Part shown: positions 19,040-30,200 of the stretch, one piece after another
How positions within the stretch are numbered: position 1 is the stretch's first letter
Layout of the letters: the number at the start of each line of letters is the position of its first letter
Assembly (NCBI GenBank): GCA_965198945.1
Contig: CBDAQI010000012.1
Coordinates: 83,964 to 147,963, forward strand
From: Thermodesulfobacteriota bacterium
Lineage (GTDB): Bacteria; Desulfobacterota_D; UBA1144; Nemesobacterales; Mycalebacteriaceae
Direction: 5' to 3'
Length of the DNA stretch: 64,000 nt
Notes under the pieces: generated by a model
Databases searched by the model: none
What the model saw: the letters and a program-made list of their open reading frames with translations, nothing else
Told to the model about the DNA's origin: nothing
Program-made: the position numbers and the translations under genes

Positions 19040-20473
19040 ATGAAAATCCCTCTCCAATTTCAATCCGATTTCCCCCCTGCGGGCGAGCTTGAAGTCACAA
19101 CCCCTTTTAACGGTCAAGTTATCGCAACTGTGGAAACGGCCGGGGAAAAACATCTGGACGGTCTTTTTGAAACCGCAAAAAAACTTTATGAAAACCGTGA
19201 GGGCTGGCTTACCGTTCACCAAAGGGCGCAAATTCTGGAACGGGCTTCTTCAATAATCACCGAACGCATGGACGATTTGATAATTCAGGCGGCGCGTGAG
19301 GGTGGAAAACCCTATAACGATTCAAAAGTGGAAATTTACAGAGCGGCGGACAGCGCAAAAATCGCCGCGGAAACAATTCGCACCGAAGCGGGAAATGTTA
19401 TTCCGATGGGCGGTGATCTTTACAGCGCGAACAGAGCGGCTTTTACACAAAAAGAGCCGATTGGGGTTGTCGTTGCGGTCAGCGCTTTTAATCATCCGCT
19501 TAACCTTATAGTTCATCAGGCGGGCGCCGCAATTGCCGCCGGATGTCCGGTTATCATCAAGCCCGCGAGTGAAACGCCGCTTTCATGCATATCCTTCAAA
19601 AACATACTCGTTGAAGCGGGGCTGCCGCCCGACTGGTGTCAGGTTGTTGTTACCGATTCAAACGAAACGGCTCAACTGCTCGCAACCGACAGGAGGACGG
19701 CGTTTTTCAGTTTTATAGGAAGCTCGCGGGTCGGCTGGATGCTGCGCTCCAAACTCGCTCCGGGAACACGCTGCGCCCTTGAACACGGCGGAGTGGCGCC
19801 GGCGCTTGTGTATGAAGACTCGGATATTGAACGCACCGCGTCTCTGCTTGCCAAAGGAGGCTTCTATCACGCGGGGCAGGTTTGCGTTTCCACCCAGCGC
19901 GTCTATGTGCAAAAAAATATCGCACCGAACTTTCTCTCATTTTTCCGCAGCGAAGCGGAAAGTCTTAAAGTCGGAGACCCCGCGCTTGAATCAACTCAAG
20001 TGGGGCCGCTTATCCGCCCGTCGGAAGTCAGGCGCGTTCACGAGTGGGTTTGTGAGGCCGTCAGCGAGGGAGCTGAACTTGTCTGCGGCGGAAACATTCT
20101 GTTTGACAGATGTTACGAACCGACCATTTTGCTCAACCCTCCGGATGCCGTTCGCGCCAGCCGTGAGGAAATTTTCGGTCCCGTGGTCTGCGTTTATGAG
20201 GTTGACGACATGGAAGATGCGATTGCGCGCGCGAACGGTCTTGGCATGGCGTTTCAATCTTCGGTTTTTACAAAAAATCTTGACACCGCTCTTGCCGCCG
20301 TGAAAAAATTGAGCGCTTCAGGCGTTATGGTGAATGATCACACCGCGTTCCGCATAGACGGAATGCCCTTCGGAGGGCTGAAGCAGTCCGGCCTCGGAAC
20401 CGGCGGCATTCCGCACACAATCAGAGATATGAGCATGGAGAAAATGGTTGTTTTCCGCTCAGACGCGATTTAG
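19040..20473 (+). CDS. NAD(P)-dependent aldehyde dehydrogenase family protein
   Basis: Motifs FNHPLN, IKPASETP, FIGS, LEHGG, AGQVCVS and EEIFGPV. Confidence 0.93.
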   Translation: MKIPLQFQSDFPPAGELEVTTPFNGQVIATVETAGEKHLDGLFETAKKLYENREGWLTVHQRAQILERASSIITERMDDLIIQAAREGGKPYNDSKVEIYRAADSAKIAAETIRTEAGNVIPMGGDLYSANRAAFTQKEPIGVVVAVSAFNHPLNLIVHQAGAAIAAGCPVIIKPASETPLSCISFKNILVEAGLPPDWCQVVVTDSNETAQLLATDRRTAFFSFIGSSRVGWMLRSKLAPGTRCALEHGGVAPALVYEDSDIERTASLLAKGGFYHAGQVCVSTQRVYVQKNIAPNFLSFFRSEAESLKVGDPALESTQVGPLIRPSEVRRVHEWVCEAVSEGAELVCGGNILFDRCYEPTILLNPPDAVRASREEIFGPVVCVYEVDDMEDAIARANGLGMAFQSSVFTKNLDTALAAVKKLSASGVMVNDHTAFRIDGMPFGGLKQSGLGTGGIPHTIRDMSMEKMVVFRSDAI

Positions 20474-20483
20474 TTTTTCCGTT

Positions 20484-21263
20484 TTACAAGTTTCCGCCGC
20501 AAACCTTTTCCGCATATCGCTCGGCGGCCTCGGCGATTTCCGGAAGCGGTTTGTTCAGTGAAATTCTCACCAGTTCCGCGCAGGCGGACTTCAAGTCTCC
20601 GGTTCTCACTTGAGCGTCCGCCAGATTCAGCCGGGCTTCATTGTATCCCGGAGCGAGTTCCAGAGCCGATTTGAACTGTTTTACGGCTCTTTTTCCCTTG
20701 AAAGTTTTACAAGCAGTTTCCCGTATTCGTTTCTGGAATAAATATTTGACGGCTCAAGTCTGATTGATTGTTTGAAAAAGCGCTCGGCGGAAACCGGATC
20801 ACCTTTCATTTCATACCCTCTTGCAACGTTGACAAGCGCAGCGTAACGAAGAGGATAGCCGATGTCTTGTGTTACAATCAGGCATTGCTCAATTGCTTCA
20901 TCAAATTTGCCCGTTTTAATATACAAACCGCAAAGGTTGTATCGGGCTTTTGCATAGTCGTTTTTAATCTCAAGAGCTTTTTTGTAGCTCATTTCCGCGG
21001 CGGCAAATTCCCGCAGACCGAAATACGCTATCCCCTTTATCAAATACAGTTCGGGATCGTCTTCGTTTTGGACTTCAGCTTTTTTCATTTCTGTTATGGC
21101 CCCCGTAAAATCCCCTCCCCGCACATATGAAGCGGCGAGATTTTTACGGTTGCGCAGAGTCATGGGAGCGTTTTTTTGCGGCTCCTCCGCAGGAACAAAA
21201 AAGCAGCGGAAGGGCGAGAAGCGCTGAAAAAAAGCCGAACTGTTTTTTCCCATTAAAACGCAT
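20484..21263 (-). CDS. TPR lipoprotein (PilF/PilW-like), two indels as sequenced
   Basis: TPR repeats lie in ORF 20681-21271. A lipoprotein signal MRFNGKKQFGFFSALLALPLLFCSC starts at 21263 in another frame, and a TPR continuation (AVKQFKSALELAPGYNEARLNLA) runs to a stop at 20484. Confidence 0.7.
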
Positions 21264-21277
21264 TGCCGCAAGCGGGG

Positions 21278-22180
21278 TTATATTTGAGACATCCTGAAAA
21301 AGTCGCCCAGACGGCTTTCAAATTGGTCTTTTTTCAGGTTTTTTATGCTTTCAGTTCCGAGTTTTTCCACCGTGAAAGAAGCAAGCACTGAGCCGTGAAT
21401 AACGGCTCTTTTCAGATTTTCATGACCGTTATGTCCGTTTTCACTCAAATATCCCATAAACCCGCCCGCAAAAGTGTCTCCGGCTCCGGTCGGGTCAACC
21501 GCCCGCTCCACCGGATATGCGGGTGAGCAGAACATTCCTTTGTCAGAGACCATCATGCAGCCGAATTCCCCTCTTTTGATTATGACAATTTGCGGCCCCA
21601 TTTTCCTTATCGCGCGCGCCGCCGCAATCGTGGAAGACTCTCCGCTCAGAGACAGCGCTTCGGAATTATTTATTATCAGTATGTTGACCATTTTCAGAGT
21701 TTTTTTAAGGTCCGGCAGGCTGTTGTCTATCCAGAAGTTCATCGTGTCACAAGCGACAATGCGCGGTGATTTCATCTGTTTGATAATTTCCATCTGTATT
21801 ACCGGGTCCATGTTTGCAAGAAACACGGACTCCGCATTTCTGAGACGTTCAGACAGATTCGGTCTGAAGTTTTCAAACACATTGAGATTGACGGAAAGCG
21901 TCTCCGGATCAGGTATGTTTCCGGAGTATCTGCCTTTCCAGCGGAAAGTTTTTCCGTCCGCGGTTTCAAGGCCCCGTGTGTCAACTCCGGCTTTCCTGAG
22001 AAGGTCTGAGTGCGGAGCCGGAAAGTCTTTTCCTATCACCGCCGAGATGCTCACTTTTGTGAACAGAGACGCGCCGAGGCATGAATACACCGCGGAGCCG
22101 CCGAGGACTTCCTCGCCTCTGTCAAGCGGTGTTTCTATGGAGTCAATCGCCACCGTTCCCACTATCAAAAGTTTGCTCAT
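21278..22180 (-). CDS. PfkB family sugar/nucleoside kinase
   Basis: Motifs LGGSA and VDPTGAGDTFAGGF. Confidence 0.92.
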   Translation of the reverse strand: MSKLLIVGTVAIDSIETPLDRGEEVLGGSAVYSCLGASLFTKVSISAVIGKDFPAPHSDLLRKAGVDTRGLETADGKTFRWKGRYSGNIPDPETLSVNLNVFENFRPNLSERLRNAESVFLANMDPVIQMEIIKQMKSPRIVACDTMNFWIDNSLPDLKKTLKMVNILIINNSEALSLSGESSTIAAARAIRKMGPQIVIIKRGEFGCMMVSDKGMFCSPAYPVERAVDPTGAGDTFAGGFMGYLSENGHNGHENLKRAVIHGSVLASFTVEKLGTESIKNLKKDQFESRLGDFFRMSQI

Positions 22181-23034
22181 TTGGTAAACCTCTCTATTAT
22201 TATTCCGAGCCTTTTTTTCGCATCGTCACTGATGGCTTCGGGCGGAGTGATAATTGCGTTTTCAAGAGCGCAGTCACAGGCGCAGTCTCTTGTTTTTCCG
22301 AGCTTTTCCAGAGTTTTTTTGATGATTTTTTTTGCGGTTTCAACATTGCTTGAGAGAATCTCTATCACATCTTCCACGGTTACCGCATCGTGCCCCTCCC
22401 GCCAGCAGTCATAGTCGGTCGCCATTGCGAGGGTTGCGTAGCACATCTCGGCCTCTCTTGCGAGTTTTGCTTCGGGCATGTTTGTCATGCCTATTATGTC
22501 AACTTCCCAGTTTTTGTAGAGAATGCTTTCAGCGCGTGATGAAAACTGCGGGCCTTCAATGCAGATGTATGTTCCACCTTCGTGTGTTGCCGCTCCGGCG
22601 CCGGACGCGGCTCCGAGAAGCTCCGCCGCAAGTTCCCCGCAAACCGGCTCCGCCATTGATATATGAGCCGCGACTCCGTTTCCGAAAAATGAGTTTTCTC
22701 TTTTTTTTGTATGGTCTATGAACTGTGACGGGACGACAACATCTCCCGGTCTGATGTGCTCTCTCATGCTTCCCACGGCGCTGACGGAGATTATTCTCTC
22801 CACTCCCAGACTTTTCAGCGCATAAATGTTTGCCCTGTAGTTTATTTCGGATGGAAGAACCGTGTGGCTGAGTCCGTGACGGGGAAGAAACGCCACATTT
22901 GCGTCTCCGACCGTCCCGGTCATTATGGGAGCCGAGGGTTTCCCCCAGGGAGTTTCCGGATTTACGGGCTCAATGTTTTCAAAGCCGGTCATTTCATAAA
23001 GTCCGCTTCCCCCTATGATGCCCACAGTTTTCAT
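22177..23034 (-). CDS. mtnP: S-methyl-5'-thioadenosine phosphorylase
   Basis: Motifs GIIGGSG, PRHG, EGPQFSSRAES, GMTNMPEAKLAREAE and TDYDCW. Confidence 0.94.
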   Translation of the reverse strand: MKTVGIIGGSGLYEMTGFENIEPVNPETPWGKPSAPIMTGTVGDANVAFLPRHGLSHTVLPSEINYRANIYALKSLGVERIISVSAVGSMREHIRPGDVVVPSQFIDHTKKRENSFFGNGVAAHISMAEPVCGELAAELLGAASGAGAATHEGGTYICIEGPQFSSRAESILYKNWEVDIIGMTNMPEAKLAREAEMCYATLAMATDYDCWREGHDAVTVEDVIEILSSNVETAKKIIKKTLEKLGKTRDCACDCALENAIITPPEAISDDAKKRLGIIIERFTK

Positions 23035-23693
23035 TTCCGCCTCTCTCTCAGTTTTTCAAGACCCAGTATGAACCGGCTTTGCCCGCTTACGGGAAGCTTT
23101 AATTCATCGGTCATTTTTATGGTTGCGAGCCCGCGTGGAATCATCCGTTTTTCTTTCTCCCACTGCCTGGCGCCGTCTTTGCCTTTCATAATCAATACCA
23201 TTCCGCCGCATTTTACAAGAGGCATTGCAATGCGCACCATTTCCGGGGTTGCCGCGACCGCGCGCGAGACGGCAATATCAAAACCGCCGCCGATTTTTTC
23301 GTCTTCTTTTCCCGCTCTCGCCTTTACGGCGCGGGTTTTTTCAAGGCCGAGCGTCCTGATAGCTTCTCTCATGAAAAACACCCTTTTTCCCCGCGCGTCC
23401 ACAAGAACCGGACTGATTGAAGGAAGGCATATTTTAAGAGGTATGCCGGGCAGTCCCGCCCCGGATCCGATATCAAGCACCGAGCTTTGCGGGGGTATGT
23501 GGCGCAGCAGCGTAAGGGAATCTATAAAATGCGTAACCGCTATTGACCGGGGGTCTTTTATTGAAGTCAGATTTATTTTGGACGCCCATTTTATTATCAG
23601 TTCGCAGTAGATCTCAAACTTTTCAACCATTCCCGGATCAAGCTCAATGTTGAGGTGCCCGCATCCGGACGCGAGTGTTTCCCTGAAATTCAT
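23031..23693 (-). CDS. rsmG: 16S rRNA m7G527 methyltransferase
   Basis: Motifs INLTS, HFIDSL, DIGSGAGLPGIPL, SRAV and MKG. Confidence 0.94.
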   Translation of the reverse strand: MNFRETLASGCGHLNIELDPGMVEKFEIYCELIIKWASKINLTSIKDPRSIAVTHFIDSLTLLRHIPPQSSVLDIGSGAGLPGIPLKICLPSISPVLVDARGKRVFFMREAIRTLGLEKTRAVKARAGKEDEKIGGGFDIAVSRAVAATPEMVRIAMPLVKCGGMVLIMKGKDGARQWEKEKRMIPRGLATIKMTDELKLPVSGQSRFILGLEKLRERRK

Positions 23694-24523
23694 CCTTCAA
23701 GATGTATTGAAAAGGGGTGTCTGATTATGATATTCGGTCTGCCGCGATACATTGACGCTCTGCCCGTAATCAGGACGTTTTTATTATTGTAGTATTCTAA
23801 CGGGTTGATTCCAAAGTGTCTGAAATTCTCAACTGAGCTGCCGAAAATCACAACTTCAACGCCGCCGTCCGTTTTAAGTATTATGATTCCGCCGCTTTTT
23901 TTCATGGCGTCCATGATTTTTGCCCGCACGACAATTCTTTGCCCCTCCATCTCCGCCATTTTGTTTTGCGGAACAGCAAATCTGTTATTTTGTTCGGACG
24001 GCTCAAAATTTCCGTCTCCGCTCCACAGACCGATACGCTTTTTCATTGCGCTTTGCTGAGCGTTTGTCAGCTCCTCCATCATCTCCGGGTTCTGTTTTCC
24101 GATTTTCAGAACGGTGGCCAGGCCCGCGCTCACAATTTCTCTGTTCACATTTTCACCGTCCGTAAAAACAAAACCGAGAAGCCGTCCATACCTGTCATAT
24201 TTTTCCGTGCCGAAACGTACTCGCACCGTTTTGTTTTTCACAAGTTTTGAGTTCAGCTCGGTCGCCTCTTTGGAAAACGGGTCTCCCGGAGAGTCGTCTC
24301 TGCCCTTTTCCGGGCAGTCAATTCCCTCGTATCTCAAAAGACGGCTGCGGCCTTTTTTGTCTGTAACGCGTATTGTGTCGCCGTCAATGATTTTTCTCAC
24401 ACGGAAGGTTTCATCCGTCTGTGCGCCCCGCGTCAGGTCCCGGGCGATGCCCGTGTAAGCGGTGACCGCCGCGAGAACCAGAGTGAGAACAAGCCATTTC
24501 AGGTGGTTTTTTGAATTTCTCAT
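23690..24523 (-). CDS. Thermonuclease (SNase) family protein with N-terminal signal/anchor and probable C-terminal OB fold
   Basis: Motifs IDGDTI, GIDCPE, DRYGRLL and A...RIGLW. Confidence 0.85.
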   Translation of the reverse strand: MRNSKNHLKWLVLTLVLAAVTAYTGIARDLTRGAQTDETFRVRKIIDGDTIRVTDKKGRSRLLRYEGIDCPEKGRDDSPGDPFSKEATELNSKLVKNKTVRVRFGTEKYDRYGRLLGFVFTDGENVNREIVSAGLATVLKIGKQNPEMMEELTNAQQSAMKKRIGLWSGDGNFEPSEQNNRFAVPQNKMAEMEGQRIVVRAKIMDAMKKSGGIIILKTDGGVEVVIFGSSVENFRHFGINPLEYYNNKNVLITGRASMYRGRPNIIIRHPFSIHLEG

Positions 24524-25656
24524 GTTTTTGTTCCCTCTCCCGTTCCGTGCTCAAAAATTTGAAAAAACACAAAACCCGCGAACACAACCAGACCCGCAAG
24601 CGCATACATGGCTCGAAACCCCATGCTTTCGGCGATTATTCCGAGAGGAAACGCCGCGTAGTTTATTCCGAGACTGAAAGACGAATTGAAGGCGCCCATT
24701 GCTTTGGCCATCCCGGTTTTTGTTTTGTCAGCCACCATGGCTCCGAGCGCAGGATACATAATTCCGTAGCCGGCGCTGAACAGAAAACAGAACAGCGCCG
24801 CCTGCATCCCGGACTGTGTCCGTGACAACAGCACGAGGGCGGCCGCCGCAACAAAAATCGCGGGAGACGCAATTTTTTTTCTTTCGGTTTTGTCGGCGAG
24901 TTTTGAGAAAAAAATCCTCACAACTATCACCGTTAAGGCATATGTGAGGAAAAAGCGTGAAGCGGGGAATCCGTTTTCACGCGCGAACACCGCAAAAAAA
25001 TTGAGGAGGCTTCCCAAACCGACCGCCACCGCAAGGTTGGAAAACAGAATGACTCCGTATTTTCTTGTAACAAAAAATTTGAAAAAAGAGCCGAACGATT
25101 TTTCGTCGTCTCTCTTGAAATTTTCTTCCCGCACAAACAATGAAACGGCAAGGGAGATGAGCCCGCACGAGGCGGCGTAGAAAAACAGTCCGTTTTTTCC
25201 AAATAAGTCCGTAGCCCACTCTCCGACGGGCGGTCCCACCGCATATGAAAATATCGTGAATGCCCCGAAAAACCCCAGCCTTTCGGCAATGCGGTTTTTT
25301 TCCGCCATTTCCGACACGGCCGTTGCGGCCGCAGTGAAAAAAGCGGCGAAAGCAGCTCCCTGAGCAAGTCTCAGGGCGTAAATAAAAGGGCCTAAATTTT
25401 CCACAAAAATAAAACACACCGAAGATGCGGTCATAAGCGAAGCCCCGGCTATCATAAAAATTTTGCGTCCGTGGCGGTCGGCGAGTGTTGAGAAAAAGGG
25501 AATGCAGAGAAGTGAAGTTATGCCGAAACTTCCCATAACATAACCGATTTGAGACTCGCCCCCACCCATGTCTTCTATGAGAACGGGAAGCAGAAAAAAC
25601 GAAGAAAAATTGCAGAAAAAAAAGAAGTTCGCCAGCGTTACAAAAATAAAATTCAT
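24520..25656 (-). CDS. MFS transporter
   Basis: About 12 transmembrane segments; LADRHGRK motif A. Confidence 0.85.
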   Translation of the reverse strand: MNFIFVTLANFFFFCNFSSFFLLPVLIEDMGGGESQIGYVMGSFGITSLLCIPFFSTLADRHGRKIFMIAGASLMTASSVCFIFVENLGPFIYALRLAQGAAFAAFFTAAATAVSEMAEKNRIAERLGFFGAFTIFSYAVGPPVGEWATDLFGKNGLFFYAASCGLISLAVSLFVREENFKRDDEKSFGSFFKFFVTRKYGVILFSNLAVAVGLGSLLNFFAVFARENGFPASRFFLTYALTVIVVRIFFSKLADKTERKKIASPAIFVAAAALVLLSRTQSGMQAALFCFLFSAGYGIMYPALGAMVADKTKTGMAKAMGAFNSSFSLGINYAAFPLGIIAESMGFRAMYALAGLVVFAGFVFFQIFEHGTGEGTKT

Positions 25657-25786
25657 TTGAGAATTGCCGTCAGTTTCCCGAAATTAAAGGTGTGCGGATT
25701 TTACACCATTTTCAAAGCCGCCCGCGGCACGGCGCGCCTCCGTGTGTTTGAACATCCGCAATTTGTGTTATGATTGTCCCCCTTGG

Positions 25787-25860
25787 GAGCCGTTAGCTCA
25801 GCCTGGTAGAGCAACTGCCTTTTAAGCAGTGGGTCGCAGGTTCGAATCCTGCACGGCTCA
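25787..25860 (+). tRNA. tRNA-Lys(TTT), CCA not encoded
   Basis: GAGCCGT/ACGGCTC acceptor stem, anticodon loop CTTTTAA, GGTTCGAATCC T arm. Confidence 0.96.
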
Positions 25861-25872
25861 CTTTCAAGTCCG

Positions 25873-25947
25873 GTCCCCGTCGTCTAGCCTGGCCCAGGAC
25901 ACCGCCCTTTCACGGCGGCAACAGGGGTTCGAATCCCCTCGGGGACG
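25873..25947 (+). tRNA. tRNA-Glu(TTC), CCA not encoded
   Basis: GTCCCCG/CGGGGAC acceptor stem, CCGCC-CTTTCAC-GGCGG anticodon arm. Confidence 0.96.
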
Positions 25948-25952
25948 ATAAC

Positions 25953-26537
25953 TTAAACACCCGCGGTCTTCAGAATACGCTTTGCCGCGGCGCAAATGTC
26001 CGTTTCAACAAAGTCCGCCTTTGTTTTCATATCCGCGCCTTCCCGGCTCAGCAGGATGGTTGAAAAACCGCTCCGCCGTCCGGCGATTACGTCTTTTGTC
26101 ATATCCCCTATCATCCATGAAAATTCCGGGTTGACGCCGTGCCGGCAGACTATTTTTTCTATCATGCCCGTTCCGGGTTTTCTGCACTTGCACGGTATGT
26201 TGTAAGGCGCAACGGTTCCGTCCGGGTTGTGAGGGCAGTAATGGAAGCCCGAAAACCGGACGCCGCGCTTTCTGAAATACGAGTCCATTTCCAAGTGAAC
26301 TTCTTTCACATCTTTTTCTCCGAGAAACCCTTTCGCCACTCTCCCTTGATTTGTGGCGATAAAAAGCAGGTATCCGGCGGACTGAAGCTCAAAAAGGGCT
26401 TCCGCATAACCGTCCGGAATGTGGAAATCTCCCACTCTGTATATGTAGGCGCCCTTCCTTGCCGGCATCAAAACCGTTTTGTCGCGGTCAAACACAACAC
26501 ATTTTGCGCCTTGTCCGTTTGCGTTTTCAAAAGGCAT
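25953..26537 (-). CDS. gmhB: HAD-IIIA phosphatase, D-glycero-D-manno-heptose bisphosphate phosphatase-like
   Basis: Motifs FDRD, TNQG, CPH, CKCRKPGTGM and MIGD. Confidence 0.8.
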   Translation of the reverse strand: MPFENANGQGAKCVVFDRDKTVLMPARKGAYIYRVGDFHIPDGYAEALFELQSAGYLLFIATNQGRVAKGFLGEKDVKEVHLEMDSYFRKRGVRFSGFHYCPHNPDGTVAPYNIPCKCRKPGTGMIEKIVCRHGVNPEFSWMIGDMTKDVIAGRRSGFSTILLSREGADMKTKADFVETDICAAAKRILKTAGV

Positions 26538-27219
26538 ATTTCAAAATCACCCACAATATCTTCACGCCCGCTTTTGCGCTTCCCGCAAAAGTGCCGCTTA
26601 TCTTTGAAACCCCGGTTCTTTTTCTGTAGCGCACCGGAATTTCAACGCACCTTAAACCTTTCTTTACGGCTTTGATTTGCATTTCAACCGTCCACCCGTA
26701 GCCCTCATCGCTCATTTGGAGGGCTTCAAGGCTTGAAAACCTTATCGCTCTGAACGGGCCCAGGTCTGTGAACTTAACTCCGAACATTGCGCTCAGGACG
26801 GTTCCCGCGAGTTTGTTTCCGAACACCGTGTGGGCCGGCATCGCGTCGCTTGTGCGCCGCCCTGATATCCTTGAGCCGACAACAAAATCGGCCCGGTTTT
26901 CCAGTATGGGTTTAATCAGAAGCGAAAGTTCCGAGGGATAGTCAGAGTAATCCGCATCCAGAAACACAACAATATCAGGGGGTGGGTGGGCATTGCGGGA
27001 TATGTGCCTGATTCCGGCAAGGCACGCTCTGCCGTATCCGCGAACGGGTTCGTCCACCACCGTAGCCCCGGCGCTCATTGCTTTTTCCGCCGTCAAGTCA
27101 GTTGAGCCGTTGTTGACCACGACTATTTCATCAACCGCCCCGGAGGGAATTTCCCCCACCACTTTGCCGACAGACCGCTCCTCGTTCAAAGCCGGAATGA
27201 TTACCGCCACGGTTTTCAT
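26527..27219 (-). CDS. Glycosyltransferase family 2 (polyprenyl-phosphate glycosyltransferase-like)
   Basis: Motifs IIPALNEE, NNGSTD, FLDADYSD and TDLGPFRAIR. Confidence 0.88.
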   Translation of the reverse strand: MKTVAVIIPALNEERSVGKVVGEIPSGAVDEIVVVNNGSTDLTAEKAMSAGATVVDEPVRGYGRACLAGIRHISRNAHPPPDIVVFLDADYSDYPSELSLLIKPILENRADFVVGSRISGRRTSDAMPAHTVFGNKLAGTVLSAMFGVKFTDLGPFRAIRFSSLEALQMSDEGYGWTVEMQIKAVKKGLRCVEIPVRYRKRTGVSKISGTFAGSAKAGVKILWVILKYAF

Positions 27220-27228
27220 TTTTTCCCC

Positions 27229-30200
27229 CTAAACACTTTCCATTCGTCCCGATGGAAGAAAGAAAATATATCTTTCAACCGGTTTTTTTCCGCTGATTTT
27301 TTCAACGGCCTCACAATAGGTCTGAATCTGCGCCGCGTATTTCCCCGTATCAAAGATGTCCGTGTATTTGTAGTCAACAATGACGGTTCTCTCTTCGGTT
27401 TCCATCAAAAGGTCTATTCTTCCGTTGACGAAACGCTTTGTGTTTTCAGAGGTTTTTTCAATTGTAAAATCATATTCTCTCCGGAGCCGTGAGGCGTTTC
27501 GTGCCATTTCGGCAAGGGGCGACCCAAGCGCATTTTCCGCGCTCCGTATTATTTTCCCCCTTATCCGTTTTTCACGGATAAATCTCTCCGCCGCCACAAA
27601 GTCCGCAAGTTCTTCAACTGATTCGGGAGAAAAATCCCACATCTCGAAAAATCTGTGCATAATCTCTCCTTCCTCCGTCTTTGTAATTGTACGGAACCCG
27701 TCTGCCATTGCGTCGTCTTCGGGGTTTTCATCCATTGTGTAAAGCGGAGAAAGACTCTTGAGGGTGGGCACTGCCGGGCCGCAACCGCCGCCGGTTCCAG
27801 ATTCCCGCTTTTTTTTCAATGCGGGGCCGGGATGTCCGCCCGCCGCATCTTTGAAATCAGGCAGTTTCACAAGAGCGCTTTCAATGATTCCCGCAAGGCT
27901 TGAGCGGCGGGGCTTTTCGTGCCGCTGCGTGAACACGGCGTCCGCCGCTCTGGTCATTGTAACATACAGTATCCTCTTTTCTTCTTCACTCCGTCCCGAC
28001 TCCTCAATTTGTTTCCATTTTCCGATTCCGCAACGATCATGACATGCCATGACGCCGTGTTCGGGGCTGACGGTTATTTTCCCCCGCTCCCGCGCCTCCG
28101 AATAGTTTGTGTCCGCGATGAATACAACGGGGAATTCAAGGCCTTTTGCCCCGTGGCTTGTTATCAGAGTTACGGAATCTTTGTCTCCGTCCGTTCCGGA
28201 GTCTTCAAAAGGAAGAGGCTCCCGGTTGAAAAATTTCACGGCGTCATGGAGCCCCGCTCCTTTTTCCGCGAGAGCCGCGGACATTTCCGTGAATTTTATA
28301 ATGTTTCCACGAATTTGTTTTCCGTTCGGCAGCGCGAGCGCCGCCGCCGCGTAGCCGAGATTGAAAGCCGCGAAACGCGCGGTTTCAAGTGGCGAGGAAA
28401 AATTGACCCTCTCTCCGCTCTCAACAATGGAGAGCAAGTAACGCGCCGCCGCACAGTGCTCGCCTTTATCTTTTGACAAAAGTTTCAGAAAACCGCCGAA
28501 AGAAGACGCTTTTGTCTTCCGCTTTTCCGAGAAATACCGCGCAAGGCCCGTGTCTGATATGCCGAAAAACGGCGATCTCAAAACTGCCGCCACGGCAGTT
28601 TCGTCAAGAGGATTTGCAATGAATCTCATCATTGAAACCATGTCTCTGATTTCCGCAAGACCGGAAAATTCCGTCTCACCCGTCCTCTTGAACGGCAGTT
28701 TTGCGCGACGAAGAGCCCGCTCATAGATTTGAATATTTTTTGATCTTCTGAATATCAGCGCGATGTCGGAATATGAATAGCCGGTTTTCTCAGTCAGCTC
28801 TGATATTTTCTCCGCTATAAAAACCGCTTCGCTCAGTCTCGTTTCTTCGGAGTTTTTCCCTTCCGCCGCAAATGCCTGAAACGTTCCGCCGCTTTCCCTC
28901 ACGGCTTCCATCCGTGTGTAATCATCAAAAACATTTTTGAAAACATTGTTGATAAAATCCGTCAGTCCGGAAGAGGTTCTGTAGTTTTTCCGGAGACGGA
29001 ATTTTTCAAAATCCCGTGACTCAAGTATTTTGCGAAAAATTTTCGGCTCCGCGCCCCTGAAACTGTAGATTGACTGCATGGTGTCGCCGACAACCATAAT
29101 TTTTGTTTTTTCTCCGCTGAGAAGGCTGATGATTTTATTCTGGGTGGAGTCAGTGTCCTGAAACTCATCAACCATAATCAGCCCGAACCTTTTACGGTAG
29201 TTTGAAAGCGCCGGGTGATTTTTCCGCAGAATCTGAAGAGCGTTTGTAAGAAGGTCTCCGTATTCAACGGCCGAATTCCGGGCCTTTATCTCCTCGTAGC
29301 ATTTCATCACTTCTTCGGCAACCGGAAGATAGAGTTCCGTCAGCCTTGAGTTCAGCAAATCCACCGCCCGCTCAGCGTGCGCCGCGATCGCCCGCGCGGC
29401 CTCTTTCTCTTCCGGGCTCGCCGTTTTCATTTCCCATATTTTTGTGATTTCCCCGATGGTGTTTTTCAACTCACGGCACACAAGCGCGGCGGAACCCCCG
29501 GTCTGCATTTTTTTTGCCTTTTCAAAACGTTTTCGCGCACTGTTTGAGCGGAAAACCGCGTCATTTTCCCCAAGCATTTTTTTTACACTTTCAGGCGCGG
29601 CCGGTTCCCGCGCGGGGCGGACGAACCCGGACAAGGCAAGAGGGCGCGGCAGATGCTTTTCCATGGAGCCGCGGACTATCAGCGCGATATTCTTCATAAC
29701 CGCATCCAGATTGAACAGTTCGTTTTCCAGCAGCCCGTTAAGCGCTTCGGACTCAGGTCCTTTGCCCGCGCGAAGTTTCAGAACCGTCTCAAGAATTGCG
29801 GTATTCAAATACTCATCCGCTTCTCCGGCCCCCGCTATTTCAAATCCCGCGGGAAAACCGGTGTCAAAAAGGTTTTCCCTGATTATTCTCGCCGCAAGGC
29901 CGTGGATTGTGCTCACCTGAGCCGTGGAAACTTCTCCGATGGTTTTTTGTGTCAGATTTCCGCGTTCGCCGAACTTTTTTATGTAGTCGCCGATGCTTTT
30001 TGCAATCCGCTCTCTGATCTCGGTCGCCGCGTTTTCAGTAAAGGTTATGGCGGCTATTGAATCCATTCCCGCTTTGCCCGATTCAAGTTCCGAGAGACAG
30101 CGGGCGACTATAAGGCGCGTTTTCCCCGACCCGGCTCCGGCGCAAACGGCGATGCGGCTCGCGTCCGACCTTATGATTTCGGCCTGCTCTTCATTCAGAT

